A DNA stretch of 64,000 bases from Parcubacteria bacterium DG_74_1 (GCA_001303125.1 LJNE01000002.1:35564-99563), one strand, 5' to 3'; counted from the first letter of the stretch, positions 27,146 through 37,982 are shown. Numbers and translations: made by a program. Notes: generated by a model not told the origin, from the sequence alone.

Positions 27146-28252
27146 CTAATAATTGTGAGTGATTTTTCTTTTGGCTAATTTAACCAGAAAATTATCTCTT
27201 TTGAAAAAGAAACTGTTATTAGGGTAATTTTTATAATTCTTAACGGGAGCCTGCATTATCTCTTCAAATTCTTTTTCACTAAGACCTAATTTTTGAAGAA
27301 CATATTTCCTGTCTTGCTCTAATAGTTCTTTATTGGGATAAGGCTCTTTCTTCATTTCTTCTAAAGCTTCTTCTCTGCTCATTTGCCCGGAATTGATTAA
27401 GGTGGAAAAGTGAGCTCTTCTTTTATCAATGCCGAATTTAGTAGGTAAGATATAACACTGGAAGAAACGAGTATAAATAGATTCTCCGTGTTTAATATTA
27501 TAATCTTGCCAACCTAATTCTCCTTTTAGAATTTTTTTTGCTTCCTGTTTATTATAAGGAATATAGTTTAATATTGGAACAAACCTTATTTTTTTGAAGA
27601 AAGCATAATAAATCCAGTGTAACAGACCCACTTGAGGGAAAGTTTTTAATTCAACTCTACCAAATTTTTTATGGATGGCCCGGAGATATTTTAAATCTTT
27701 AGAGTCATAACCCCAACTTTCTGGCATAATAGCCTCAGTAACAATGTTTCCCCCGTGGATAATATATTTTATGTTCCATTTATCGGCTAACCGATAAAGA
27801 AAGGATACAATACCATGATCAGTTGGAATTTCAGCATTAGGGATAGAAGCTTTTAAAAAGGCAATCTGTAGGTCCTTGAATTCTTCGGGGTCAACTTTAT
27901 ATTTAATTATTTCCAAGTCTAATTTAGCAATTAGATTATTAACATTTCTTTTAGCAATTTCAGTATCCCAACCATTATCAAAACTGACTGCCACTGGATT
28001 TAAACCGTATTTTTTAGCTAAATAAACAGTCATGGTACTATCTGTGCCGCCAGAAACTCCGATTAAACACCTCCCATTAGATTTTTTTATTTCACCAATT
28101 AATTTCTTTAATTCTTCGGGGCCCTTTAATTCGTTTTTTGCTCTCTCTTCATACATCTTGCAGTAATTACAAATTCCCTTTTCATCAAAGGTTATTCCAG
28201 GATCCGTTGTGTCCATAATACATTTAGTGCAAGTTTGGTAATTTTTTGTCAT
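27146..28252 (-). CDS. N-acetyl sugar amidotransferase (WbpG/WbuX-like)
   Basis: N-terminal CxxC...CxxC, GVSGGTDS PP-loop, KHGES. Confidence 0.88.
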   Translation of the reverse strand: MTKNYQTCTKCIMDTTDPGITFDEKGICNYCKMYEERAKNELKGPEELKKLIGEIKKSNGRCLIGVSGGTDSTMTVYLAKKYGLNPVAVSFDNGWDTEIAKRNVNNLIAKLDLEIIKYKVDPEEFKDLQIAFLKASIPNAEIPTDHGIVSFLYRLADKWNIKYIIHGGNIVTEAIMPESWGYDSKDLKYLRAIHKKFGRVELKTFPQVGLLHWIYYAFFKKIRFVPILNYIPYNKQEAKKILKGELGWQDYNIKHGESIYTRFFQCYILPTKFGIDKRRAHFSTLINSGQMSREEALEEMKKEPYPNKELLEQDRKYVLQKLGLSEKEFEEIMQAPVKNYKNYPNNSFFFKRDNFLVKLAKRKITHNY

Positions 28253-28269
28253 GTTTTTATTATGGTAAC

Positions 28270-29601
28270 TTAATTATTTTTAAGTAAAAATTTTTTATAA
28301 AATTGGAGGTCTGATTTTTTTAAAATAATTATGTCTTTAATTCTATTGCCAGAAATTTTACTATAGAAAAAAAGTTCTATTAAAAATGCAATATTATATG
28401 AGATTGCCGTGGCTCCCGCTGCTCCAATGATACCGAATTTCGGAATAAATATAATATTTAAAAGGATATTTAAAATTAAACTAGCTATAGCAATGTAAGT
28501 GTTGACTATTGGTCTGCCCCTTCCAGACAAATCGTAAGTTAACACCGTATAACCGCTGAAACCAATTGTGCCTATTAATAATATCCTTAAGGGTAAAACA
28601 GAATACAAATATGCCTCAGAATAGAATAAGACTATTATCCAATAACTTAAAAGGAAAATGATTAAAACAACGAAAAAAGTAACAAATAAAATATTTCGAC
28701 AAACTAAAGGGGTAAAATCTCTCAATTTTTGGCCGTTTGTTTCTGCGGCCACCTTTGGAAAAAGTACTGTGCCGCCAGACTGAGAAATAACCTGAATTTT
28801 TTCCGATATCAGACTCGCCACGGCGTAAAAACCAACGGCTAAAGGATTTAAAAAAATATTAATCATCCATATATCTATCTTAAGATGCAGGAATTGACTA
28901 ACACTACTGAAATAAGACCTGGAGCCAAAAGAAAAAAAATCTTTAATTAAGGGTTTATTAAGGGAAAAAGATATACCACCAATTTCCTTCTTAATTCCAG
29001 AAAACAAAAAGGTGGAGGCGATGAAAAGCGATAAAAATTCAGCCAAAATCGCCGCTTTTATTCCAAAATGAAATCCTAAGAGAAGAATAGCTATTAATAA
29101 TAAAAAAATAAATGTATTGAAAAATTGAATAAAATTATATTTTTCAATTTTCTGCATCCCCAACCAAATATTCATTATCAAATTCAGAAAATATTTAAAG
29201 GGCACTAAACTTAGACCCAAAAATAAATAATTTTTTTCAATACCTGGGAAAAGCTTACTACTGAAAAAAAAGATAATAATCGAGCCCATTATTACCGCAG
29301 AAGCACTCATCGAAATTGAAAACATAACACTCGTGCCAAAAATTTCTTTCAAGGGATATTTATTTTTGCCGACATGAAAAACTAAAGCAGAAGTAAGTCC
29401 AAAATTTGTAAAAATTGTTAAAAGAGCTGGCAATAAGATTGCCAAAAAGTAAATGCCATTCTTCTCCGGTCCCAAAACCCTAGCGATAATAACATAAATT
29501 CCAACTCCAATAACCAGTTGTAATACTCTCGTAGTCAAAGTAATCAATGAATCTTTTGTAAACTTCCCCATTGTTAAACTATTTCTTATTAAATCTAACA
29601 A
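28270..29601 (-). CDS. wzx: Wzx-type flippase
   Basis: Multi-TM, ARVLGPE, IPKFGIIGAA; true start may be 29571. Confidence 0.85.
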   Translation of the reverse strand: MLDLIRNSLTMGKFTKDSLITLTTRVLQLVIGVGIYVIIARVLGPEKNGIYFLAILLPALLTIFTNFGLTSALVFHVGKNKYPLKEIFGTSVMFSISMSASAVIMGSIIIFFFSSKLFPGIEKNYLFLGLSLVPFKYFLNLIMNIWLGMQKIEKYNFIQFFNTFIFLLLIAILLLGFHFGIKAAILAEFLSLFIASTFLFSGIKKEIGGISFSLNKPLIKDFFSFGSRSYFSSVSQFLHLKIDIWMINIFLNPLAVGFYAVASLISEKIQVISQSGGTVLFPKVAAETNGQKLRDFTPLVCRNILFVTFFVVLIIFLLSYWIIVLFYSEAYLYSVLPLRILLIGTIGFSGYTVLTYDLSGRGRPIVNTYIAIASLILNILLNIIFIPKFGIIGAAGATAISYNIAFLIELFFYSKISGNRIKDIIILKKSDLQFYKKFLLKNN

Positions 29602-29608
29602 TATTCTT

Positions 29609-30802
29609 CTAAATATATTTATTAATTGCTTTAACCAATATATTTATACTCTTATCGATCTCTCTAATAACCTTTTCTTTTCTCTTAAAAACCTCCTCTC
29701 GGTTAAACCATTGCCTATCGTTATAGTATTTTTTGATTAATGACAATGATTCTTCGATATTGGTGGTGCTGGAGTCAATCACTAAAAAATCATCTAAAAA
29801 CAAGGACATTATGTCTTTATATTTCGTGTGCCAAGACAAAGATACTACTGGCACACCCATAGATAGCGCCGATGCTAAGCCATGATATCTCTCTGCGATA
29901 TAGAAATCCAGTAGACCTATTATTGCTCTAACCTTTTTATAAGTTAACGAATTATCAGAAATCATAAAAATATTTTCTTTATTTTTTAAATTACTGTAAA
30001 TTTCTTCACACAGGATTGAATCGCGAGATGTTGGGTCTTCGTCTATTCCAAAAGAGTGCGGTATTAACAAAAGTTGTTTATTGTTCTGCTGAAAAAAACT
30101 AATAATTTCTTTACATAATATTTTATGATTTGAAAATTTATTGTCTATCACTGCGCTTGGTGAAAAACCAATAATTGGTTTTTTGCAATTTAATCCTAAA
30201 CTGGCAATATAACTAATTGCCCAATTTTTACTTTCCGGCGTTAAACTAATTGAAATATCTGGAAACGAAAAGATGGGAGCTTTTAGCCTTAGTTCTTCTA
30301 CGTCTTTTAGATTTTCACTCCCTCTAACAAAGACGAATGGTAAATTATTTAGAGCTCTTTTTACAAAAAACTTATATATTTTATCCGGAAAGGGACCATA
30401 TGATTTTGTAAACCTAAAATAAGGCTTTCTATAAAACCAATTTAAAATTTGTACGGACGTTGTATCAAGGTAATCTTTCCATTTAGTTTTAAAAGGGCTA
30501 TTGCCAACAAATTCTATACCGACTAAATTAATTATTATGTCGCTTCTTTCCAATCCATCTAACAAATTAATACACTCTTTTCTAAATAGCCTTGTTAACT
30601 TAGGAAGAGGAACAATATTTAATCCATATTTTTGAGCGAACGGCAAATCTTCTTTGTAATATTTTTCACGTATAAACAGCGTATATTCTGCATTAATATA
30701 CTTATTTAATTCTTCTATCAGAGACAAGACAATACCTTGGGCCCCATAATTATGGTTAAGGTAGGAAATGTTTATAATTAAAACCCTAATTGGTTTTTTC
30801 AT
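29609..30802 (-). CDS. Polysaccharide pyruvyl-transferase family protein
   Basis: NYGAQ, SYGPF, VRG, RYHG, GVP motifs. Confidence 0.75.
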   Translation of the reverse strand: MKKPIRVLIINISYLNHNYGAQGIVLSLIEELNKYINAEYTLFIREKYYKEDLPFAQKYGLNIVPLPKLTRLFRKECINLLDGLERSDIIINLVGIEFVGNSPFKTKWKDYLDTTSVQILNWFYRKPYFRFTKSYGPFPDKIYKFFVKRALNNLPFVFVRGSENLKDVEELRLKAPIFSFPDISISLTPESKNWAISYIASLGLNCKKPIIGFSPSAVIDNKFSNHKILCKEIISFFQQNNKQLLLIPHSFGIDEDPTSRDSILCEEIYSNLKNKENIFMISDNSLTYKKVRAIIGLLDFYIAERYHGLASALSMGVPVVSLSWHTKYKDIMSLFLDDFLVIDSSTTNIEESLSLIKKYYNDRQWFNREEVFKRKEKVIREIDKSINILVKAINKYI

Positions 30803-30931
30803 AAATTAGGCTTATCATCCCTGGCCAAAAATACTTTTACTAATAATCAATCGATGCTCATTTCTCCTTAAATAATTTCCCCTTTTTAGAATTTATACTT
30901 CCTATTATTTTATTTTTTTTGCTCATTTCTA

Positions 30932-32185
30932 CTACCATTCCCTAAGAAGTTTTTTAAGAAATTTCTTAACGGGTTTAGGTAGGGCAAGGAGAACTTTCTC
31001 GAATCTTTTGAAAAACGAAATATAAAAATCGGTGGCACAAAAATAGCTTAACTTATGTCTAAATTTATCTCTTATGGACAATGATCTCTTATAAATGTTT
31101 ACTATGCTAACTAAGCCTGAATTGGTTCTTAATAATTCTAATAGCTGATAATTCCTTTTTCGAGGATACCCAAAGTCTTTAACTGCTAGAAATTCAACTT
31201 CTCTACAAAAAATTTTGTTTTTTGCTTTACTAAAAAGCTCTTCCCCTTTATCGGTGTATACCAATACTTGAGATAATCCTTTTTTAAAATCTTCATTAAT
31301 TTTTTTAGGGTCGAAACCCCAGGCATCTCGTAAACGCAAGTCCGCATAAGAACCGTTTTTATAAGTATCACACTCTAGGCATGCATCTTGTAGGGCTTGC
31401 CTCGTTCTGAAAACATAAAGAAGAGGGTCCACATACTTATTTCTATAATACTGCTTCCCGTCTTTAAAAATAACTTTCATGCCCCAGAGAAGCCAACTTG
31501 ATGTTTTGTCACGCATATTCATTATCTTTATCCCACTTTTATTAATTTCCTTCATATAGTCGACAAATTTATCAACGGCGTTACGGCCCAAAACTCCCGC
31601 GCAATAAAGGTCAACTAATATTACATCTTCATACTCTTTTTTCCCGGTGATTACTTTCCTTAAAGCGCCAATCTGACAAGGCGTACCAATAACCACGTAT
31701 TTGCCATTTTTATTAATTCGAGAAAGAATATCCTGAAAGCGGCTCTGAAAATACTTAGACCCCCTTATTCTACTTAGATTCTCTTTCTTATCTATGACAA
31801 CGTGTTCCAGTTTAAAGGTTTTATAATCAAGCTCAGCGCCAATAACCCTATAACCATTTTCAATAGCTGTCTCAGCTAAAGCTGTAGCAAACCCTCCCGA
31901 GGAGCTGGGCCACCTAATCTCTTCTGTCCTGTAATACCCTACATAACTCTTTTTAGGAATTTCTCTAGGAGGAGGAAATTTTTCTGGAAATTTAGAACAA
32001 ACTTCCTGACATCGTCCACAATTCATACATTTACTTTCATCCACATGTGCTTTATAAAACCCATCTTTATCTAGTCCTAAGCTAATGGCTCCGGCTGGAC
32101 AAACTGCTTGACAAACCCCACAGCCAACACAACTATGATCACTTTTAACATTTATTGATTTGTCTAATATTTTTTTATTTCTCAC
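30932..32185 (-). CDS. 4Fe-4S ferredoxin plus F420 hydrogenase beta-subunit-like oxidoreductase
   Basis: Two ferredoxin Cys motifs, SSSGG, GSKYFQS, GTPCQ. Confidence 0.85.
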   Translation of the reverse strand: MRNKKILDKSINVKSDHSCVGCGVCQAVCPAGAISLGLDKDGFYKAHVDESKCMNCGRCQEVCSKFPEKFPPPREIPKKSYVGYYRTEEIRWPSSSGGFATALAETAIENGYRVIGAELDYKTFKLEHVVIDKKENLSRIRGSKYFQSRFQDILSRINKNGKYVVIGTPCQIGALRKVITGKKEYEDVILVDLYCAGVLGRNAVDKFVDYMKEINKSGIKIMNMRDKTSSWLLWGMKVIFKDGKQYYRNKYVDPLLYVFRTRQALQDACLECDTYKNGSYADLRLRDAWGFDPKKINEDFKKGLSQVLVYTDKGEELFSKAKNKIFCREVEFLAVKDFGYPRKRNYQLLELLRTNSGLVSIVNIYKRSLSIRDKFRHKLSYFCATDFYISFFKRFEKVLLALPKPVKKFLKKLLREW

Positions 32186-33908
32186 AAAAATTTTTGTATT
32201 CTCCTGAGCTTATTAAATCCAAAATTTGTTTTACTTTTAATAGATTGGGCGGTATAAAATCCTGGCTCAAAGCCATGGGGACATCAAATATTTCTTCAAA
32301 AAACTTATTATGTTTTAATAAAACTTTACGGGCAAAAATTAAAAATTCTTTTCTACTTTCCCATACAAAATAATTGATGCCTGATCCACGCAAGAAATAA
32401 CTTAACGCATTTAAAAAAGTAATAAAAATAGATTTTTTATATCTATAAAAAGGTGGGAGACGATTATCTTGGATAACTATCTTAGATAACTCTGGAAATT
32501 TCTTTAAATAAAAATACATACGAAGTTTTTCATTCAAAAAATATTCTGGTTTCCATTTTGTATTTTCCCTCTTGCAATAAAGTGGTGAAAAAATAGAGTA
32601 ATTAATTTTTTTACAGTACATACTAAAAGTACAGTATTTATGATTGCTCGAGGAATGTTGTAATATAAACTTTTTATAAATTTCAATGTTATTTTTTTCT
32701 TTTCTCCGTTCACTTTTAACGAAACTTGCAATTTTTTCTTTTATTTTAAGGAAGTCTACTTCATTTATTAATTTCCTCCTCTTCCGACCCTTTATCTTTC
32801 TAAGAAGTGCTGGAAAAATCTGTGAAGCTTGTATATCTAGAATAAATGAGCTCAGTTTTTTGGGCCCCTTAGACAGTCCCCACTTCTGAAGAATACTGTC
32901 TACCAATTCTTTATCGCTCATCTCTTGAATATTCGGTGGAAGATATGCTCCAAATAATTCTCCTCCTTCCATTCCGGTAAGAAAAATATCAAAGCCAGGA
33001 AGTTCCCATTCTTCCACGGTATCCAAATATCTTGCCTTAGTCATTGGGGAAAATCTTGTTATCAAATAACTTTTACGTTCAAGAGTTGTACATTCGGGCG
33101 AAATTTCATACAGTTTCAGATTAAAAATTTTTGCCAGTTTCCGAGCGCTAACATGATCCTTGGTGACAAATAACTTATTTAGTCTTTTCTCTCCAATTAT
33201 AAAACTTTTCACTTCTATCTTATTGTTCGCTGCATAATGAGGAACTAATCTAGAATCAAGCCCACCGCTTAAACCAATCCCAAAAGTTGCCGTAGGATGT
33301 TTTTCTTTTATTTTTTTTAAAGTATTGTTTATCAAACGATCTATCCTTTCAACGGCTGTATCAATATTGTCACAACTCTTTACATCAAGTTTAAACTCAA
33401 AATATATATTTATATCCAATCTCTGCTCTTTTACTGAGAAGCTACCAATAATGGCTGGAGGGAAAAAATTCAGAAATTTAATAATCGTTCTAAAAAATAA
33501 CGGTCTATCAAAAACAACAAATTCTTTTATTGCTTCAATATCAAAATCTGACTCTTTAGGTTCAATTATATTTACAATTTGCCAAAAATCATCAGAAATA
33601 ATGAAGCTTGTTTTATTGTAATAGTAGAAAACACTTTCTCTTCCAAGTCTGTCATTAGCAAAATATATTTGACCTGAAATAGAATCGTAGAAAATAATAA
33701 AAAACTCTCCTTCTATTTCTTTAATCATTTCTATCCCCTTCCTATGAATTGCGTCGAAAATCTCTCCTTCGCTTTCATATGGAGAAAAGGTGCTCCCCTT
33801 TAAAAATAGAAAATTATTTCCACTCTTATAAAAATCCTCTGACTTAACGTAAAGCTGATCAATTTTTTTACTATTTGATATTGGTTTATTAGATATTACA
33901 AATGCCAT
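32175..33908 (-). CDS. Asparagine-synthetase-like protein
   Basis: DRLG, LSGGLDSR, TGMEGGELFG; no N-terminal catalytic Cys. Confidence 0.75.
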   Translation of the reverse strand: MAFVISNKPISNSKKIDQLYVKSEDFYKSGNNFLFLKGSTFSPYESEGEIFDAIHRKGIEMIKEIEGEFFIIFYDSISGQIYFANDRLGRESVFYYYNKTSFIISDDFWQIVNIIEPKESDFDIEAIKEFVVFDRPLFFRTIIKFLNFFPPAIIGSFSVKEQRLDINIYFEFKLDVKSCDNIDTAVERIDRLINNTLKKIKEKHPTATFGIGLSGGLDSRLVPHYAANNKIEVKSFIIGEKRLNKLFVTKDHVSARKLAKIFNLKLYEISPECTTLERKSYLITRFSPMTKARYLDTVEEWELPGFDIFLTGMEGGELFGAYLPPNIQEMSDKELVDSILQKWGLSKGPKKLSSFILDIQASQIFPALLRKIKGRKRRKLINEVDFLKIKEKIASFVKSERRKEKNNIEIYKKFILQHSSSNHKYCTFSMYCKKINYSIFSPLYCKRENTKWKPEYFLNEKLRMYFYLKKFPELSKIVIQDNRLPPFYRYKKSIFITFLNALSYFLRGSGINYFVWESRKEFLIFARKVLLKHNKFFEEIFDVPMALSQDFIPPNLLKVKQILDLISSGEYKNFCEK

Positions 33909-33995
33909 ATTATTTTATATAAACACTACTTACTAGAATTTAATCCAGCGTCTTTATTTTGCAGTCCTTCTCTTAAAGGAGCGGCTTTAATAAAA

Positions 33996-35141
33996 TTAGG
34001 TCTTGCCCCTTTTACTATTAAAATTTTTCTTTTCTTTTTTATAAAAATCAATTATCTTTTTTATAATAAAATTCTGCCTTTTTTTTCTAAGTTCAGGGTA
34101 AATTGGCAGAGACAAAACTTCCTTAGCGACTCTTTCGGCTTCGGGAAAATTACCTTCTTTATAATTAAGGTATTTAAACGCCGGCTGTAAATGTAAGGAT
34201 AAAGGATAATAAATCATCGTCGGAATTCCTTTTTCTTCCAAGTATTTCCGAAGTTTATCTCTTGATTTAGTTCTTATCGTATATTGATGAAAAATATGAT
34301 TTCTTTTGGACTCGGTAAGCGGAGTTATAATATCTTCCACCCTCTTTAACTTTTTACTGTAATAAGATGCTCTTTCCGCTCTTTCCTCGCTCCACCTGGA
34401 TAAATATCTCAACTTTACCCTTAAGATTGCTGCCTGTAGTGCGTCTAATCTGGAATTTGTTCCGATACTTAAATTCAAGTATTTTTCTTTTGGAGAAGAA
34501 CCGTGGTTTTTTAATAATCTAATTTTTTCGGCTAATTTTTTCTTATTAGTTATAATCATACCGCCATCACCATAGGCGCCGAGATTTTTTGAGGGGAAAA
34601 AAGAAAAACATCCCAAATCGCCTATCGCCCCAGCTTTCTTTCCCTTATATTCTGCGCCAATTGCCTGAGCTGCGTCTTCAACGACACATAAATTATGCTT
34701 TCTGGCAATTCTCATTATTACTGTCATATCTGCCATTTGACCAAAAAGATGAACCGGAAGAATCACTCTTGTTTTTTTAGTGATTGCTTTTTCTATTTTT
34801 GAAGAATTTATGTTAAAAGTATTGGGATCAATATCTACAAAAATAGGTTTGGCGCCACAATTGGCGATTACTCCAGCTGTAGCAATAAAAGTAAAAGGAG
34901 TAGTAATTATTTCGTCGCCCGGTCCAATACCTAAGGATTTTAAAGACAGGAAAAGAGCATCTGTGCCGGAATTTACACCAATGGCATATTTTACTCCGCA
35001 AAATTTAGCCACTTCTTTCTCAAGCTCTTGCACCCCCTTTCCTCCGATAAAATTAGCGTCATCTAAAACTCTTTTGATGGCGGTATCAATTTCTTTTTTT
35101 ATCGATTTATATTGCGCCGTTAAATCTAAAAATTTTATCAT
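33996..35141 (-). CDS. WbpE-like DegT aminotransferase
   Basis: [15 protein letters not shown]. Confidence 0.9.
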   Translation of the reverse strand: MIKFLDLTAQYKSIKKEIDTAIKRVLDDANFIGGKGVQELEKEVAKFCGVKYAIGVNSGTDALFLSLKSLGIGPGDEIITTPFTFIATAGVIANCGAKPIFVDIDPNTFNINSSKIEKAITKKTRVILPVHLFGQMADMTVIMRIARKHNLCVVEDAAQAIGAEYKGKKAGAIGDLGCFSFFPSKNLGAYGDGGMIITNKKKLAEKIRLLKNHGSSPKEKYLNLSIGTNSRLDALQAAILRVKLRYLSRWSEERAERASYYSKKLKRVEDIITPLTESKRNHIFHQYTIRTKSRDKLRKYLEEKGIPTMIYYPLSLHLQPAFKYLNYKEGNFPEAERVAKEVLSLPIYPELRKKRQNFIIKKIIDFYKKEKKNFNSKRGKT

Positions 35142-35560
35142 AAAGGCCGCGCGGGATTACCGACAACCGTTATATTAGCCGGAACGTTTTTGGTTACCAC
35201 CGCGCCGGCCCCAACCATAACATTCTCACCAATAGTGATTCCGGGAAGTATTATTGCGCCAGCTCCGATTTTTGCACCGCGCTTGACAAGAACCGGCTGC
35301 CACGCTTTTCCATCAGATGGTGGTCTTTTGTCATTAGTAAAACAAGCATGAGGGCCGACAAAAACATTGTCTTCTATAGTCACGCCATCCGGAATAAAGG
35401 CAAAGGCCTGAATTTTGCAATTGTTGCCGATTTTGACTTTGGCGCCAATCCAAACGTGAGAATGAATCCTGCAGTTATCTCCGATAACGGCGGCCTTGGA
35501 TATATTAGAAAGCTCGGGGTGATAAATGATGGTATTTTTATTTTTCATAAATTTTCTCAA
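35138..35560 (-). CDS. WbpD-like hexapeptide N-acetyltransferase
   Basis: Hexapeptide repeats, FTND, VVGNPA. Confidence 0.88.
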   Translation of the reverse strand: MRKFMKNKNTIIYHPELSNISKAAVIGDNCRIHSHVWIGAKVKIGNNCKIQAFAFIPDGVTIEDNVFVGPHACFTNDKRPPSDGKAWQPVLVKRGAKIGAGAIILPGITIGENVMVGAGAVVTKNVPANITVVGNPARPL

Positions 35561-36314
35561 TTAATTTAATTGATTTAAGAGCTTCTGGAGGAGCAATCCC
35601 CCTCCCCTCCAATAAATCTTTGTAGACATAGAAGTGTAGGTTTTCTTTCGCGGCAAAATCGTAATTGACGCCATTGACTTTGAATAACCTCCTCTGGTTA
35701 TCTCTTGGCGCTTCGGCGCTTATCTGCCAGTTACAGGAATAATTTTCCCCAGTAATTTCTCCCCGGCCGGTCTTATAACTTAACGATTTTGTCAGTATTT
35801 CAGTCGGCTCTCCAAATAAATAAAGCAGCAAATCAAAATAGTGAATTCCTAAATTGAAAATGATACCTCCCGATTTTTCTTCTATCCCCTTCCAGCTTTT
35901 CCAATAATTTTCGTCTCGGTGAACGGAAATGTCTATCTCAATTTGGCATTGTTCGTCTTCCTTAAACTTTGTTTTTATTTTTTTTACAGCAGGATGATAT
36001 CTTAGCTGAAAAACTGTAAAAATGTTTGGATATTTAGCTAAAATTTTTATCTCTTCTGATCTTAAAGCTAAAGGCTTTTCGCACAGAACTATTTTTCCAT
36101 ATTCGGCTGAAAATTTTGCCATTTCAAAGTGAAGGTGGTTCGGCGCCAAGATAACAACGCAGTCAGCCTCAGTCTTTTTGACCATTTCTCTCCAAGTATC
36201 AGGACCATCAAGGACATCTACTACGCTCGCGATATCTCCGCCAACCTGAGAAATGGCTTGGGCGTGAAGATTATAGATGAAACCCTTTCCGATAACAGCG
36301 AATTTTTTATTCAT
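35538..36314 (-). CDS. WbpB-like Gfo/Idh/MocA oxidoreductase
   Basis: PNHLH, CEKP, QLRYHP, NLGIHYFD. Confidence 0.85.
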   Translation of the reverse strand: MNKKFAVIGKGFIYNLHAQAISQVGGDIASVVDVLDGPDTWREMVKKTEADCVVILAPNHLHFEMAKFSAEYGKIVLCEKPLALRSEEIKILAKYPNIFTVFQLRYHPAVKKIKTKFKEDEQCQIEIDISVHRDENYWKSWKGIEEKSGGIIFNLGIHYFDLLLYLFGEPTEILTKSLSYKTGRGEITGENYSCNWQISAEAPRDNQRRLFKVNGVNYDFAAKENLHFYVYKDLLEGRGIAPPEALKSIKLIEKIYEK

Positions 36315-36319
36315 TAGAA

Positions 36320-37639
36320 TTACAACCGGAAGACGTTTTTATGCCTTCTTGACTTAATGGCATTTCTGGTATCAACGACCAGTTTTGATTTTTTGGCTAA
36401 TTTATCGTAATCAAACCCGGAGTGATCGGTTAAAATCAAAACTAAATCATATTCTTTAATTTTTTTAAGAGAATATTTGATTGATCTTAAAAGATATTTT
36501 CTCTTTAAGATACGGTGCTCTACGTAAAGCTTTTTAACAAAAGGGTCAAAATAATCCACTCTCGCTCCTTTTCTGATTAAATCGGCAATAATGTCAAAGG
36601 CGGCCGACTCCCTGGTGTCGCCGATATCTCCTTTATAGCTTGCCCCCCAGACCAACACTTTGGCTTTTCTTACAGCTTTTCCCTTAAGATTTAAAACCCA
36701 GATAATCTTGGTCATAACGTAATGAGGCATTTGTTCGTTGATTTCGCCAGCCAAGTCAATGAATTTTGTCCAGAAATTGTATCTTTTGGCCGTATAATTC
36801 AGAAAAAAAGGCGTAATGGGTATACAATGACCAGCACATTTAGGGGAAGGATAAAAAGGCATAAAGCCGTAAGGTTTTGTTTTGGCCGCTTCAATCACTT
36901 CCCAAATATCAATTCCCATTCTACCTACCAGAAGCGCCAGTTCGTTTATCATTGAAATATTGACCAAGCGGAAGGTGTTTTCCAGAATTTTGGTCATTTC
37001 GGCGGCAGTAGCCGAGCTTAAAGGAAAAACTTGGGCTTCAATAAAACTGCGGTAAAATTCAGCAGCCAGCCGGGTGCATTCTTTAGTTATACCGCCCACC
37101 GCTCTTGATACGTCTTTTAATCTATATTTTTCATTACCCGGGTCTAGCCTTTCTGGGCAATGAGCCAAAAAGAAATGCTTGCCTACCTTTAATTTGTTTT
37201 TTGCCAATGCGGGCAAAATTACTTTTTGTGTTGTCTCAGGATATGTACTGCTTTCCAAAATAATCAATTGCTCCTTTCTTAAATACTTCGCTACTTCTTT
37301 GGTCGTGGAGAGAATATAAGAAATGTCTGGATTTTTATTTTTATCCAAAGGAGTAGGGACACAAATTAAAATAATGTTCGCCTTTTTAAGGGGCAGATAA
37401 TTGTTAAAAGCCGCTAATTTCTTGTTTTTAATGACTTCTTTGAGTTCTTTTGAGGAAATGTCTAAAATATAAGATTTCCCTTTGTTTACCGAATCAACTC
37501 TTTGTTTCTTAATGTCTATACCAAAAACCTGATAGCCAGCTTTGGTCAATTCCACGGCCGTAGGTAAGCCGACGTAGCCCAAACCGATTACGGCCACTTT
37601 GGCTTTTTTTGTCTTGATTAGATCTGTTAAACTGGTCAT
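36320..37639 (-). CDS. UDP-N-acetylhexosamine 6-dehydrogenase (WbpA/WecC family)
   Basis: GLGYVG, ICVPTP, LESSTYP, PER, GHCIP. Confidence 0.9.
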   Translation of the reverse strand: MTSLTDLIKTKKAKVAVIGLGYVGLPTAVELTKAGYQVFGIDIKKQRVDSVNKGKSYILDISSKELKEVIKNKKLAAFNNYLPLKKANIILICVPTPLDKNKNPDISYILSTTKEVAKYLRKEQLIILESSTYPETTQKVILPALAKNKLKVGKHFFLAHCPERLDPGNEKYRLKDVSRAVGGITKECTRLAAEFYRSFIEAQVFPLSSATAAEMTKILENTFRLVNISMINELALLVGRMGIDIWEVIEAAKTKPYGFMPFYPSPKCAGHCIPITPFFLNYTAKRYNFWTKFIDLAGEINEQMPHYVMTKIIWVLNLKGKAVRKAKVLVWGASYKGDIGDTRESAAFDIIADLIRKGARVDYFDPFVKKLYVEHRILKRKYLLRSIKYSLKKIKEYDLVLILTDHSGFDYDKLAKKSKLVVDTRNAIKSRRHKNVFRL

Positions 37640-37660
37640 GAAAAAACTTAAAAACCAGAA

Positions 37661-37909
37661 TCACCATCTTTCAATGGTTCTTCTGGTTTTTTCACGAATT
37701 TTATTGTAAGTCCTGTAGACCTTTTTTTCCAATTTCGGAGAAACCAACTGCAGAATCTCGTCGCCCCAAATTCGGTAAGTTCCGCCAACTTTGTATGCCT
37801 TAATAATGCCTTTCTTGAGCATTCTTTTCATTGTACTGGAGCTGATTTTCAGAAAATCCCTAGCTTCTTCGGTAGTATAAATTTTTTTAGGCTTGATTTC
37901 TTCAATCAT
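37661..37909 (-). CDS. Excisionase-like (HTH_17/MerR-type) DNA-binding protein
   Basis: YTTEEARDFLKIS...GIIKAYKVGGTYRI. Confidence 0.8.
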   Translation of the reverse strand: MIEEIKPKKIYTTEEARDFLKISSSTMKRMLKKGIIKAYKVGGTYRIWGDEILQLVSPKLEKKVYRTYNKIREKTRRTIERW

Positions 37910-37950
37910 AGAAACGGTTTTATACTAATTCTATAATAAGACACCCCAAA

Positions 37951-37980
37951 AGAGGTGTCAAGAGGTGTCAAGAGGTGTCA
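37951..37980. repeat. Three perfect 10-bp tandem repeats AGAGGTGTCA overlapping a promoter
   Basis: Read directly; each unit gives TTGACA on the minus strand. Confidence 0.9.
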
Positions 37981-37982
37981 AA

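Noticed and set aside
37661-37980. Prophage/ICE excisionase with att site, or a mini-CRISPR
   Set aside because: No integrase or phage genes in the window; the repeats are contiguous 10-mers without spacers
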